Assembly: GCA_963808235.1 (NCBI GenBank) | Contig: CAWEEQ010000004.1 | Location: forward strand, 2,208,001 to 2,272,000 | DNA from: an uncultured delta proteobacterium | GTDB lineage: Bacteria; Desulfobacterota; Binatia; Binatales; Binataceae | Direction of reading: 5' to 3' | Length of the DNA stretch: 64,000 nucleotides | Shown here: piece by piece, positions 1-8,774 of the stretch | Layout of the letters: every line of letters begins with the position of its first letter | How positions within the stretch are numbered: position 1 is the first letter of the stretch | Made by a program: the position numbers and the translations under genes | The notes under the pieces: model-generated | What the model was told of the DNA's origin: nothing | Databases searched by the model: none | Seen by the model: only the letters and a program-made list of their open reading frames with translations

Positions 1-692
1 CACCCGACCACTGTCACAATTGGAAGCACGAGGACGAGTGCGACTGACGCCAGCTTCGCAGAGAGCTTCGAGTTAGTCGCCAGTATCAGAGGAATCGGGA
101 CCAAGATTGCAATGATCATCGCAATCGGCTTGAGCAAAATCGCGTAGGCAAGCAAGAGCGAACTGGCACCAAGGAGCCAGAGGCGCCGCACGCGTTTTGG
201 CTCCTCTTCGGCCGCGGTCGCAACTGCGATCACGGCGAATACGAGCGCAAACTGGAATAGTGCCTCGGACATTATCTGGCTGCTCCAGATGATCGAACTC
301 ACATCGAGGGCAGCTAGAAGCGCTGCGACTACTCCGGCACGCTTTCCCCATCTTTTCCCGGCAAACGATCCAACTGCCCAGCAGAGAAGAGCCGCTGCCA
401 GCGCTTGAGTCAGAATTGCCGCTCGTATTGGTGGAAAGACTACGAGAAATCCTGGATACCCGGGGGTGCGCAAAAGCTCCGGCGCCGAGCACGAACCGTC
501 AACTTCCCGGGCAAAGCCTCCGCATCGCTGAAGACCGTCAGCCAGCTCGATGTATCCTGCGGAATCCCATTGATTGATGCCTGCCCAGAGCGTTCCGGTA
601 CGAAGGACAGGCGCGGCTCGCAAAATGAAGGCGATACCGGCAATCAGGAGCAAAGACTTGTTATACTCAATTTTCCCGATTGAAGCGGCCAT
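1..692 (-). CDS. GT-C fold membrane glycosyltransferase (ArnT/PMT-like), 3' end outside the window
   Basis: Not in the ORF track because it runs off the edge. Manual minus-strand translation is open to position 1 and gives WDSAGYIELADGL, LRTPGYPGFL, QIMSEALF and LLKPIA with hydrophobic stretches. Start is ATG 692 or TTG 731. Confidence 0.75.
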   Translation of the reverse strand, partial: MAASIGKIEYNKSLLLIAGIAFILRAAPVLRTGTLWAGINQWDSAGYIELADGLQRCGGFAREVDGSCSAPELLRTPGYPGFLVVFPPIRAAILTQALAAALLCWAVGSFAGKRWGKRAGVVAALLAALDVSSIIWSSQIMSEALFQFALVFAVIAVATAAEEEPKRVRRLWLLGASSLLLAYAILLKPIAMIIAILVPIPLILATNSKLSAKLASVALVLVLPIVTVVG

Positions 693-881
693 CGAAGAGC
701 TATCATCTCGGATGGCTTCAGTAATTGTCAATGTTGTGGACGTTACACTCCATAATTTGTCGTTATCCTGCTTTTCGGATTCAGGAGCACTGTTGATCAG
801 AAAACGCAACAATCGGAAATCTCGGTTTATTGGTGCCCTCGTCTTTGATCGACGCCTCCGAGCGCCTATCCTTGAGAACCG

Positions 882-2414
882 ATGGAATCGCGAGCAGCAA
901 CAGCGGACCGGCCACGATCGATAACTCTCTCGGTGTTGGTTCCGGTCTATAACGAGCGCTATCTCGTCGCCGAATCGCTCGGCCGCCTTGAAACTCTGGC
1001 CGATGACGAGAACCTATCTGCGATCGAGATTATCGTCGTCGATGACGGGTCGACCGACGGGACGCACCGGGTGCTGGAAGAATTCGCTCGCTCTCGTGGA
1101 GTGCCGGTCGCGAAGCTCAGGTGGCGTTTCATCCGTCATCAGACTAACCGTGGCAAGGGAAACGCCGTTCAGACCGCACTGGCTGAGGCGACCGGGACTG
1201 CGTGCGTTGTCCACGACGCCGATCTGGAATACCTCCCATCTGACATCTCGCGGATGGTGAAGGTGTTTATCGAGCAGGATGCCGACGCGGTATTTGGCTC
1301 GCGCTTTGCCGGTAGCGAGGTGCGCCGCGTCCTGCTGCATCGCCATGAGCTTGCCAATAGGCTGCTCACCTTCCTGTGCGATATAGTTTCGAACCTGAAT
1401 CTCACCGACGTGTGGACCTGCTACAAGCTGGTGCGGACTGCGCTTCTCAAGTCGATTCCACTTGCGAGCGCGGATTTCCGTATCGAACCGGAAATCGCCA
1501 TCAAGCTGGCCAAGCGCGAGGCGCGGATCTTCGAGATACCGATTAGCTATTTCGGTCGCACCTATGCCGAGGGTAAGAAGATCACCTGGCGTGATGGAGT
1601 GCGTGCGCTTACGGCGATCGCGCGCTTTGGGCTGAGCGATGCTATCTACCGCGATGACGAATACGGCAGCCAAATTCTCGCGCGGCTGGCGCGCGCCCCA
1701 CGCTTCAACAGGTGGATGGCCGACGCGATCCGCCCTTACCTTGGCGAGCGAGTGCTCGAGATCGGCAGCGGAGTTGGAAATCTGTCCCGCTCGCTACTGC
1801 CGCGCACCCACTACATAGCCAGCGACGTCAATCCGCTCTATCTGCAAACGCTCGCCAATCTCAGCAGCGATCGGCCGTACCTGAAGTCGTCGTACTGCGA
1901 TGTCAGCGATATTAGATCATTTCCCGCAACCGATGGCGGCTACGACAGTGTCATTTGCCTCAACGTGCTCGAGCACGTCGCCGACGATCGCGGCTCGCTC
2001 GAAAACATCAAGACCGCGCTCGCCGACTCTGGACGCGCGATCATACTGGTGCCGCAGGGGGTGTGGAACTTCGGGACGCTCGATGAAATACTCGGCCATC
2101 AGCGGCGTTACACCTCCGAGACACTCACCAAACTCGCCGCGGACTGCGATATGGAGATTCGCGAGCTGCTCGAGTTCAACCGCATCGGCACTATCGCTTG
2201 GTACCTGAATGGGCGCATCCTGCGTCGGCGCAGCTTCGGACTCGCGCAGATCTGGCTGCTCAATCTGATCACTCCGCTGATGCGTGCGCTCGACAACGTC
2301 CTGCCGATTCCACCGCTGAGCCTCATCGCAGTCATGCAACGCCGCTCAGCCAATGCTGAATCGAACGGCCTGAGCGCTCAACCGAAGCAGGCACAGTCGG
2401 TTACAAGCGCGTAG
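882..2414 (+). CDS. Bifunctional GT2 (DPM-synthase-like) glycosyltransferase / class I SAM methyltransferase
   Basis: N-terminal VPVYNE, VDDGSTDGT, HDADLEY, VFGSRF. C-terminal VLEIGSGVG and CLNVLEH. Confidence 0.9.
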   Translation: MESRAATADRPRSITLSVLVPVYNERYLVAESLGRLETLADDENLSAIEIIVVDDGSTDGTHRVLEEFARSRGVPVAKLRWRFIRHQTNRGKGNAVQTALAEATGTACVVHDADLEYLPSDISRMVKVFIEQDADAVFGSRFAGSEVRRVLLHRHELANRLLTFLCDIVSNLNLTDVWTCYKLVRTALLKSIPLASADFRIEPEIAIKLAKREARIFEIPISYFGRTYAEGKKITWRDGVRALTAIARFGLSDAIYRDDEYGSQILARLARAPRFNRWMADAIRPYLGERVLEIGSGVGNLSRSLLPRTHYIASDVNPLYLQTLANLSSDRPYLKSSYCDVSDIRSFPATDGGYDSVICLNVLEHVADDRGSLENIKTALADSGRAIILVPQGVWNFGTLDEILGHQRRYTSETLTKLAADCDMEIRELLEFNRIGTIAWYLNGRILRRRSFGLAQIWLLNLITPLMRALDNVLPIPPLSLIAVMQRRSANAESNGLSAQPKQAQSVTSA

Positions 2415-2523
2415 AATTGTTCCGCAAGAGGCAAATTTCGGCTACCACGGTTCGGCCCCTATGGCCGAAGCGGAGAGCCCGGCTCAGTTGGATCTCTATC
2501 GCGACCGGATAACAGAGGGGCAA

Positions 2524-3219
2524 ATGTCCAAAGCGGATTCGGTAACCTTTCCCATACAGGAATTTCTGAAACGGCTCGCGTTTAGATCGGGGGTCATCAA
2601 GACCCGTTATGATTTTCTCCTGGAGCCCAACGAGCTGCTAGAATTGATGCTGGCTTTAAGGCGCGGCGAGAACTTGGAGGGCGACGTCATCGAAGTTGGT
2701 GTGGCCCGCGGCAGAACTACCGTGTTTCTGAACCGATTCCTGGACTCCTTGAACAGCGTGAAGACCTACTACGTGGTCGATACTTTCAGCGGCTTCGTTC
2801 CCGAGGATGTAGCCCATGAACAGCTCAATCGCGGTAAGCAGGGTTACTCCTACGCTGGCTTTTCTTACAACTCGCCGCGAGTTTGGGAACGCAATATAGT
2901 TCAGGACAACGGGTTGAAACGCGTTAAGATAATTCCGCGCGACATCAAGCAGGTTCACTTCGAACCCAAGCAGATGTTCTCGACCGCCTTGCTGGACGTC
3001 GACCTTTACCTGCCTACCAAGGCTGGGCTGGAAATCATCTACCCGAGATTAGTTCCAGGTGGGACGATCATAGTCGATGATGCATGTGATGGCGGCGCTT
3101 ATGAAGGTGCCTTCGCAGCATTCAAGGAGTTTGCAGAAATGCACCCGACGGAATGCCGCTTGTTGCCCCCTAAGTGCGGGATCGTCATCCGGAGCGGAAG
3201 CGCAAATGGAGCAAAGTAG
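2524..3219 (+). CDS. TylF/MycF-family O-methyltransferase
   Basis: GDVIEVGVARG, DTFSGF, LDVDLYLPT and GGTIIVDD. ATG 2524 follows GAGGGG; the ORF is open from 2461. Confidence 0.85.
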   Translation: MSKADSVTFPIQEFLKRLAFRSGVIKTRYDFLLEPNELLELMLALRRGENLEGDVIEVGVARGRTTVFLNRFLDSLNSVKTYYVVDTFSGFVPEDVAHEQLNRGKQGYSYAGFSYNSPRVWERNIVQDNGLKRVKIIPRDIKQVHFEPKQMFSTALLDVDLYLPTKAGLEIIYPRLVPGGTIIVDDACDGGAYEGAFAAFKEFAEMHPTECRLLPPKCGIVIRSGSANGAK

Positions 3220-3229
3220 TTAGCTATCG

Positions 3230-4150
3230 ATGAATTGCGCCGCTTCCATAGCGATACTGACCTACAAGCGACACCATCACCTGGTACGCGCCCTCAAATC
3301 CGCGTGCGCCTACGCCGCGCGCGTCGCCGAAATAATAGTGGTAGACAACGCCGCCGAAGCGGAACTTGAGCTCTTGCTGAAGTCGGATTTTCCCGAGGTA
3401 CGCTATATAGCTGCTCCATCGAATGGAGGATGCGAAGGACGCAACATCGCTCTTCGCGCTGCGGCGACGCCGATTGTGATTACGATCGATGACGACGTCG
3501 AGCTGCGTTCTCCTGGCTGTATCGACGAAGTCGAAGCCGCGTTTGCGCGAGATCCTCTGCTCGCGTGTCTTAACTTCACGGTTGCCGACGACGAGGGAAA
3601 CGTCGAACGGGACTGGTGTCATCCGCGCCCGGTTTCGCACGCGGCGCGCGAGTTTGAGACCTACTTCATCATGGAAGGCGCGTCCGCGCTCGACCGCGCG
3701 AAGGTCTTGGAAGTGGGCGGCTATTCGGCGTCTTACTTTCTTGGACACGAGGGGGTCGATCTGGCTTTTCGGTTGATACGAAAGGGTTACCGGGTCGTAC
3801 ATACGCCACGAGTCTCGGTGACTCATTACACCGCTTCTGAAGAACGCCCCGGCTGGCGGCTATACTATTACTACACGCGCAACGGCCTGTGGAATTGCTA
3901 CCGGTCATTCCCGCCAATGCTGGCGCTTGGCTACGCGATCGAGCACACCGCCAAAATGGCATTCATCAGCGTTCGCGCGGGACAGGGTTACGCATTCCTG
4001 CGCGGCTGCGTGGATGGGCTGCGCGGATTACCGTCACTCAAGCGCGAACGTCTCGACCCTCATTCGCTCGGGCGCGTACGTGCGATGAGAGCGCAGCAGG
4101 TTGCGTTCGTAGGCAGAATCGAGAGGCATCTTCGCGAAAGGATTTTGTAA
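3230..4150 (+). CDS. GT2 family glycosyltransferase
   Basis: AILTYKR, IIVVDN, GRN, IDDD, GGY..YFLGHEGVDL and YYYTRN. Confidence 0.9.
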   Translation: MNCAASIAILTYKRHHHLVRALKSACAYAARVAEIIVVDNAAEAELELLLKSDFPEVRYIAAPSNGGCEGRNIALRAAATPIVITIDDDVELRSPGCIDEVEAAFARDPLLACLNFTVADDEGNVERDWCHPRPVSHAAREFETYFIMEGASALDRAKVLEVGGYSASYFLGHEGVDLAFRLIRKGYRVVHTPRVSVTHYTASEERPGWRLYYYYTRNGLWNCYRSFPPMLALGYAIEHTAKMAFISVRAGQGYAFLRGCVDGLRGLPSLKRERLDPHSLGRVRAMRAQQVAFVGRIERHLRERIL

Positions 4151-4169
4151 TCGCGCGCACGCAAACGTC

Positions 4170-4916
4170 TTATCTCATGCCAAGGAACGTGCCGCGAACG
4201 GCTACGGCCGGAGCGGGGTCGTCGCCCGCATCGGCCTCCTGTAGCTGGCCGCGTTGCACCAATGTTTGCCAGACCTTGGCCGGATCCGAGCTGAAGATGG
4301 TGTCCACTTCGGCCGGCGCCTTATACCAGGAACCGCCGGCTATCTCTGCTTGCAGCTGATCGGGCATCCACTGCGCGCGTCCGACGATCACTCGCACCCC
4401 GTTCACCTCGGGCGGAGCCTTTACATAGCTACTGATCAGCGCCGGATCGGTGACCAGGTAAACGTCCTCGAAGACGTGAATCGAGTCGGCGGGCGAGCGA
4501 GTCGCGCGCATCAGGATCGAGGGAGTGTTCACTTCGACCGGGCCGCCCAGGAACGCGCTGTCAGCCGGCTTGGCGAGAACCGGGGCGCCGGTGATCAAAT
4601 CCTGCACGCGAACCCGGGTCGGCTTGTTGATGATCACGCCCATGAGCAAGCCGCCTTCGGTGACCGGCAGAATCAGGATGACGCTTTCTCCGAAAATCGG
4701 GTCCATCAAGTCGTGAGTCGCGACCAGAAAGTAGGGCTCGGCGGAGGCGGCGAGCACTCGCGCCGGTGCGATCGGAGTGGCGGCGAGGGCAATCAGCGTA
4801 GCGACGAGGGAGAACATCGCGATCGCGAAACGATGCGCGCGCGAATCTGGATGAGCGATTAAGTTGTGCTCAAAAGTGCGTTTTGCGCGCACGATTCGCT
4901 CGCGTCCGCTGCGCAT
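4170..4916 (-). CDS. YqgE/AlgH (DUF179) family protein with an N-terminal signal-peptide-like extension
   Basis: FLVA..DPIFGESVIL, GVIINKP, GGPV, GRAQW..DQLQAEI..GSW. Start uncertain (ATG 4916 or 4817). Confidence 0.8.
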   Translation of the reverse strand: MRSGRERIVRAKRTFEHNLIAHPDSRAHRFAIAMFSLVATLIALAATPIAPARVLAASAEPYFLVATHDLMDPIFGESVILILPVTEGGLLMGVIINKPTRVRVQDLITGAPVLAKPADSAFLGGPVEVNTPSILMRATRSPADSIHVFEDVYLVTDPALISSYVKAPPEVNGVRVIVGRAQWMPDQLQAEIAGGSWYKAPAEVDTIFSSDPAKVWQTLVQRGQLQEADAGDDPAPAVAVRGTFLGMR

Positions 4917-5079
4917 GAAAAAGAGATTCCGTCTTGGTCTTGCCTGACCATTATTTCACACAAGGACCGTTGACGCACGGACGGCAGAATCCAGGTACGC
5001 TTCCGATGTAGACATAGCTGGCCAAGCTGCGAAGCCATAATTCAATCCAGCGATACGGCGGGCCAGCGATGCGGCGGGA

Positions 5080-5271
5080 TTAGTTCACGCGGGCGATTGC
5101 GACTGAGCCGTGCAATCCGCGGGCAGCTTTTACTTTGTCGAGCAAATATTCCACCGCCCCCTGTAGTTCCTCCAGCGATACAGCGTCGCCGCTTGCGATG
5201 GCGTGGACCTTATCGCAGGCCTCCTCGACGGATTCGGGAATGGGCGGTTCAGCGATACGTCTGGCAATCAT
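5080..5271 (-). CDS. Small hypothetical protein (63 aa)
   Basis: ATG 5271 preceded by AGGAGAG; helical-looking sequence; no family recognised. Confidence 0.45.
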   Translation of the reverse strand: MIARRIAEPPIPESVEEACDKVHAIASGDAVSLEELQGAVEYLLDKVKAARGLHGSVAIARVN

Positions 5272-5571
5272 TTGGATATTCTCTCCTGACCTGTTCTGAT
5301 CCGCTTGGGCCTCAAGGGTTGATTGTTGGACGAATCTTGCCGCGGAAATATTTACAAGCAATCTCCACGCCAACGTGAACGCGCCCACGAATCTGCACTG
5401 CTTGTTGGGAAAGCGAATGTAATCACGCTATGGATACGGCAGAATGCTGCCGCATTTTTGACAACATGCCGCTGAACTGGCGGCAGTGAATCCGGTATTT
5501 CTGTCGCAACGAGTCCTCCCGTGGCTATATATTTCACTGACTAAGTTTCGATCGCATCGAGACGGCCGAAA

Positions 5572-6024
5572 ATGAAAAGACGCGACCTAATCAAACTCGC
5601 TCCCGAGCAACAGACGGAATTTCTCGCCGCGGCCAGGAAGGTTGCGCTGGCGACCGTCGATAAGGATGGATTTCCGCATCTCGTCGCGATGAACTTCGTC
5701 GCGCGAGACGGCGCGATCCTGATGACCTCGTACGGCAAGGCGCAGAAGGTGATCAATATTCGGCGCAATCCCAAAGTTGCCGTGATGGTGGAGGCGGGGC
5801 GCAGTTACTCCGACTTGCGCGGAGTGATGATCCGCGGCGAGTGCGAGATTATCGAAGACCTCGCGACGGTCGAGGCTACGATGCGTGCGATCGTGCAGAA
5901 GGATTCGGGCGGCGCAGAGATCGGACGCGGACCATTGCGGAGCGCGTCGAAGCGGGTCGTGCTCAAGGTGATCCCAAAAAAAATCGCGAGCTGGGATCAC
6001 AGCAAATTAGGCGGTCACTACTGA
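5572..6024 (+). CDS. Pyridoxamine 5'-phosphate oxidase-like split beta-barrel protein (PPOX class, possibly F420-dependent)
   Basis: LATVDKDGFPH, QKVINIRRNPKV, LRGVMIRG and SWDHSK. Confidence 0.85.
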   Translation: MKRRDLIKLAPEQQTEFLAAARKVALATVDKDGFPHLVAMNFVARDGAILMTSYGKAQKVINIRRNPKVAVMVEAGRSYSDLRGVMIRGECEIIEDLATVEATMRAIVQKDSGGAEIGRGPLRSASKRVVLKVIPKKIASWDHSKLGGHY

Positions 6025-6031
6025 CGCGTCT

Positions 6032-6658
6032 TCAGTTCGCGAGGTTGTAGGCGCCGCCGCGTTCCAATGCTTTCTTGAAGGCGGGGCGCTCGTGCAGGCG
6101 CTTGGTCCATGCGTCGAGGTTCGGATACTGCGCGCGCTTGCCGAATGCGCCGGCTACTTCTCCGACGAAGCTCATCTGGATATCGGCGCCGGTGAGACCA
6201 TCGCCCACCAGAAACTGGCGGCCCTTCAAACTGCTGTCGATGTACGCGAGGTGATTGGCTATCTCGCTCTCGACGCGCGGCTTCAGTGGCGCGGCCGCAT
6301 CGCCGAGCCGAGCAGTGTACAGGTTGAGCATCAGCGGGAGCATCGCGGAGCCTTCCGCATAGTGCATCCATTGCACGTAATCATCATAAGCCGGACTGTC
6401 GGGCGCGGGCTGCAGACGGCCGCCGCCGTGGCGGCGTATCACGTAGTCGATTATCGCACCTGATTCGATGATGGTCCGATTGCCATCCGTGATGACCGGC
6501 GATTTGCCGAGCGGATGAACCTTCTTCAATTCCGGCGGCGCGAGCCGGGTTTGCGCATCGCGCTGGTACGGCTTGATCTCGTATGGCAGGCTCAGCTCTT
6601 CGAGCAGCCAGAGGATTCGTTGTGAGCGGGAATCGTTGAGGTGATGGACGACTAGCAT
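6032..6658 (-). CDS. Glutathione S-transferase
   Basis: HHLNDSRSQRILWLLEEL, HPLGKSPV, ESGAI and TGADIQMSF. Confidence 0.93.
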   Translation of the reverse strand: MLVVHHLNDSRSQRILWLLEELSLPYEIKPYQRDAQTRLAPPELKKVHPLGKSPVITDGNRTIIESGAIIDYVIRRHGGGRLQPAPDSPAYDDYVQWMHYAEGSAMLPLMLNLYTARLGDAAAPLKPRVESEIANHLAYIDSSLKGRQFLVGDGLTGADIQMSFVGEVAGAFGKRAQYPNLDAWTKRLHERPAFKKALERGGAYNLAN

Positions 6659-6729
6659 GCGGCAATTCCTCCGTGCGGAGCATTATGTGCAGAATCGCGA
6701 GCGAACTCCACTGCGAAATCGAGACGAGG

Positions 6730-7359
6730 CTATCGCGGGGCGCATCCGCCGAGAAATAGAGTGGTGAGGATGTCCGCTGCGCGCTCGGGGGTGGTGTGCT
6801 CGCGGCTGTAGCGGGTGATTCCGCGCATCATGCCGAGCAGCGACTCGGCCGCGATTCGGGTGTCGATACCCGCGCGTATCGCGCCGTCCTTCACGCCCGC
6901 GTCGAGGACGCTGCTGATCAAGCTCGACAAGTCGTTGCGTTGCGCCCTGTACTGGCGCTCCTGCGAGCGCGGCAACGCTTTGGGATCGCGCAGCAACGCG
7001 AAGAACTGGCCCCGAGTCCAGAAGAAGCTCAGCGCATGATGCACGATCGCGGCGATTTGCGCGCGCATCGTGCTCGACCCGATCAGCGCCGCGCGAATCT
7101 CGCGTTGCAGTTCCGCGAACCCGTCGATCACGGCGGCCGCGTAGAGTTCCTCTTTCGATTTGAATTGACGATAGACGCTGCCCTTGCCGACCTTGGCGTG
7201 CGCGGCGACCTCGTCGATCAGGACCAGGTCGAATTCCTTTTCGGCAAAGAGTTCGGCGGCGCTTCGGAGAATTCTCTCGCGCAGAAACGGCGTCGAGGGC
7301 CTGCCGCGGCCGTCTTTGCGGCGAATCGTGGCGGAAGCCGATTGACGCCGTGCGCTCAC
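6730..7359 (-). CDS. TetR/AcrR family regulator, divergent from the RND operon
   Basis: ILRSAAELFAEK..IDEVAAHAKVGKGSVYRQFKSKEEL. GTG 7359 chosen as the likely start. Confidence 0.88.
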   Translation of the reverse strand: MSARRQSASATIRRKDGRGRPSTPFLRERILRSAAELFAEKEFDLVLIDEVAAHAKVGKGSVYRQFKSKEELYAAAVIDGFAELQREIRAALIGSSTMRAQIAAIVHHALSFFWTRGQFFALLRDPKALPRSQERQYRAQRNDLSSLISSVLDAGVKDGAIRAGIDTRIAAESLLGMMRGITRYSREHTTPERAADILTTLFLGGCAPR

Positions 7360-7442
7360 GATCGGAAACCGGTGCAAATTGTGTTCGTATTCGTAGATGT
7401 CACCCGGGGACCCGATAGACACGCCGACAGACCAGTGCCTGT

Positions 7443-7470
7443 TTGAAATATGGACTGGCGGGTCCATAAT
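7443..7470 (+). promoter_or_regulatory. Putative sigma70 promoter with a TetR operator palindrome in its spacer
   Basis: TTGAAA-N16-CATAAT. The perfect inverted repeat TATGGAC-N6-GTCCATA (7449-7468) covers the spacer and overlaps the -10, between the divergent tetR and mdtA-like genes. Confidence 0.65.
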
Positions 7471-7526
7471 TGCAAGAATAGGGTCGGGTCATTATTTGCT
7501 TGCTTAAGAAGCGTGCTACGGAGAAC

Positions 7527-8774
7527 ATGATGGATTCAAACGCGCCAACGACCGGAAAGCCGAACGCCGCGCGCTTTATGCAGGATACCGAGGTCAGCAG
7601 CTGGACCGACAAAGTCGGTCAACGATGGCGCACGTGGCTGGTCGTTCTGCTCGTCGCAGGAGTGGTTCTCTATTTCCTGATCGGCAGGAGCCGCGGCGCG
7701 GCGGACACTTCGGCACAGGCGTCCGCGATGGCTCATCCGACGGTTCCGGTCGCCGCGGCGCCCGCAAAGACCGGCGACCTGAACCAATATATTTCCGCGA
7801 TCGGATCGGTGACGTCCTACAACACGGTGACCGTCAAGAGCCGAGTCGACGGCCAGCTCGACAAAGTAAATTTTACCGAAGGACAGTTAGTAAAGGCCGG
7901 AGATTTGTTGGCTGAGATCGATCCCCGTCCCTATCAAGTCGAGCTGGTACAGGCCGAGGGCACGCTGGCCAAAGATCAGGCGTCGCTCAACAACGCGCGG
8001 ACCTTGCTTGCGCGCGACAAGGCTTTGTACGACCAGCAAATTATCGCGCGCCAGGATCTCGATAACCAGGAAGCGGCGGTAGGACAGTTTGCCGGCTCGA
8101 TCGAGAGCGACAAGGGAGCGGTCGCGAACGCAAAGCTTCAACTGACTTACAGCAGAATCACTTCGCCGATCACCGGCCGGGTCGGGCTCAGGCTGGTGGA
8201 CGTCGGCAATATCATCCATGCGACCGACGCGACGGGACTGGTGGTGATCACACAGCTGCAGCCGATCGCGGTTGACTTCAGCATCCCCGAGGACGCCCTG
8301 CCCAGCCTGCAAAAAGCGATGCAAGCCAACAGCGAGTTGCCGGTCGAGGCTTACGACCGTGACTTCAAGAAGAAACTCGCGACCGGAACGCTGCTCACGA
8401 CCGACAACCAGATCGATCAGGCCACCGGCACGATCAAGCTCAAGGCTGCTTTTCCCAACACGGACAACGCGCTGTTCCCAAATCAGTTCGTCAACGCGAA
8501 GCTGCAGGTCGATACCATCCACGATACGATTCTCATCCCCGCGGCCGGGCTACAGCGCAGCCAGCAAGGTCAGTTTGTATATGTCGTCAAGCCGGACCAC
8601 ACCGTCGAGATGCGCATCGTGACCGTGGCCGCAACCCAGGGCGACGTGATCGCCATCGCGAAGGGTCTCAAGGCCGGCGAATTGGTCGTCACCGACGGAG
8701 TGGACAAGCTTCAGCAGGGGTCGCACGTGAATATGCAGATGGCGGCCGTGCCGCCGCCTGGAAACACTCCGTGA
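7527..8774 (+). CDS. mdtA: MdtA/MuxA-like RND periplasmic adaptor
   Basis: [41 protein letters not shown] and [16 protein letters not shown]. Confidence 0.9.
   Translation: MMDSNAPTTGKPNAARFMQDTEVSSWTDKVGQRWRTWLVVLLVAGVVLYFLIGRSRGAADTSAQASAMAHPTVPVAAAPAKTGDLNQYISAIGSVTSYNTVTVKSRVDGQLDKVNFTEGQLVKAGDLLAEIDPRPYQVELVQAEGTLAKDQASLNNARTLLARDKALYDQQIIARQDLDNQEAAVGQFAGSIESDKGAVANAKLQLTYSRITSPITGRVGLRLVDVGNIIHATDATGLVVITQLQPIAVDFSIPEDALPSLQKAMQANSELPVEAYDRDFKKKLATGTLLTTDNQIDQATGTIKLKAAFPNTDNALFPNQFVNAKLQVDTIHDTILIPAAGLQRSQQGQFVYVVKPDHTVEMRIVTVAATQGDVIAIAKGLKAGELVVTDGVDKLQQGSHVNMQMAAVPPPGNTP

Noticed and set aside
73-924. ORF-track entries 73-492, 405-683, 440-643 and 574-924
   Set aside because: Shadow frames of the minus-strand GT-C gene that runs off the window edge.
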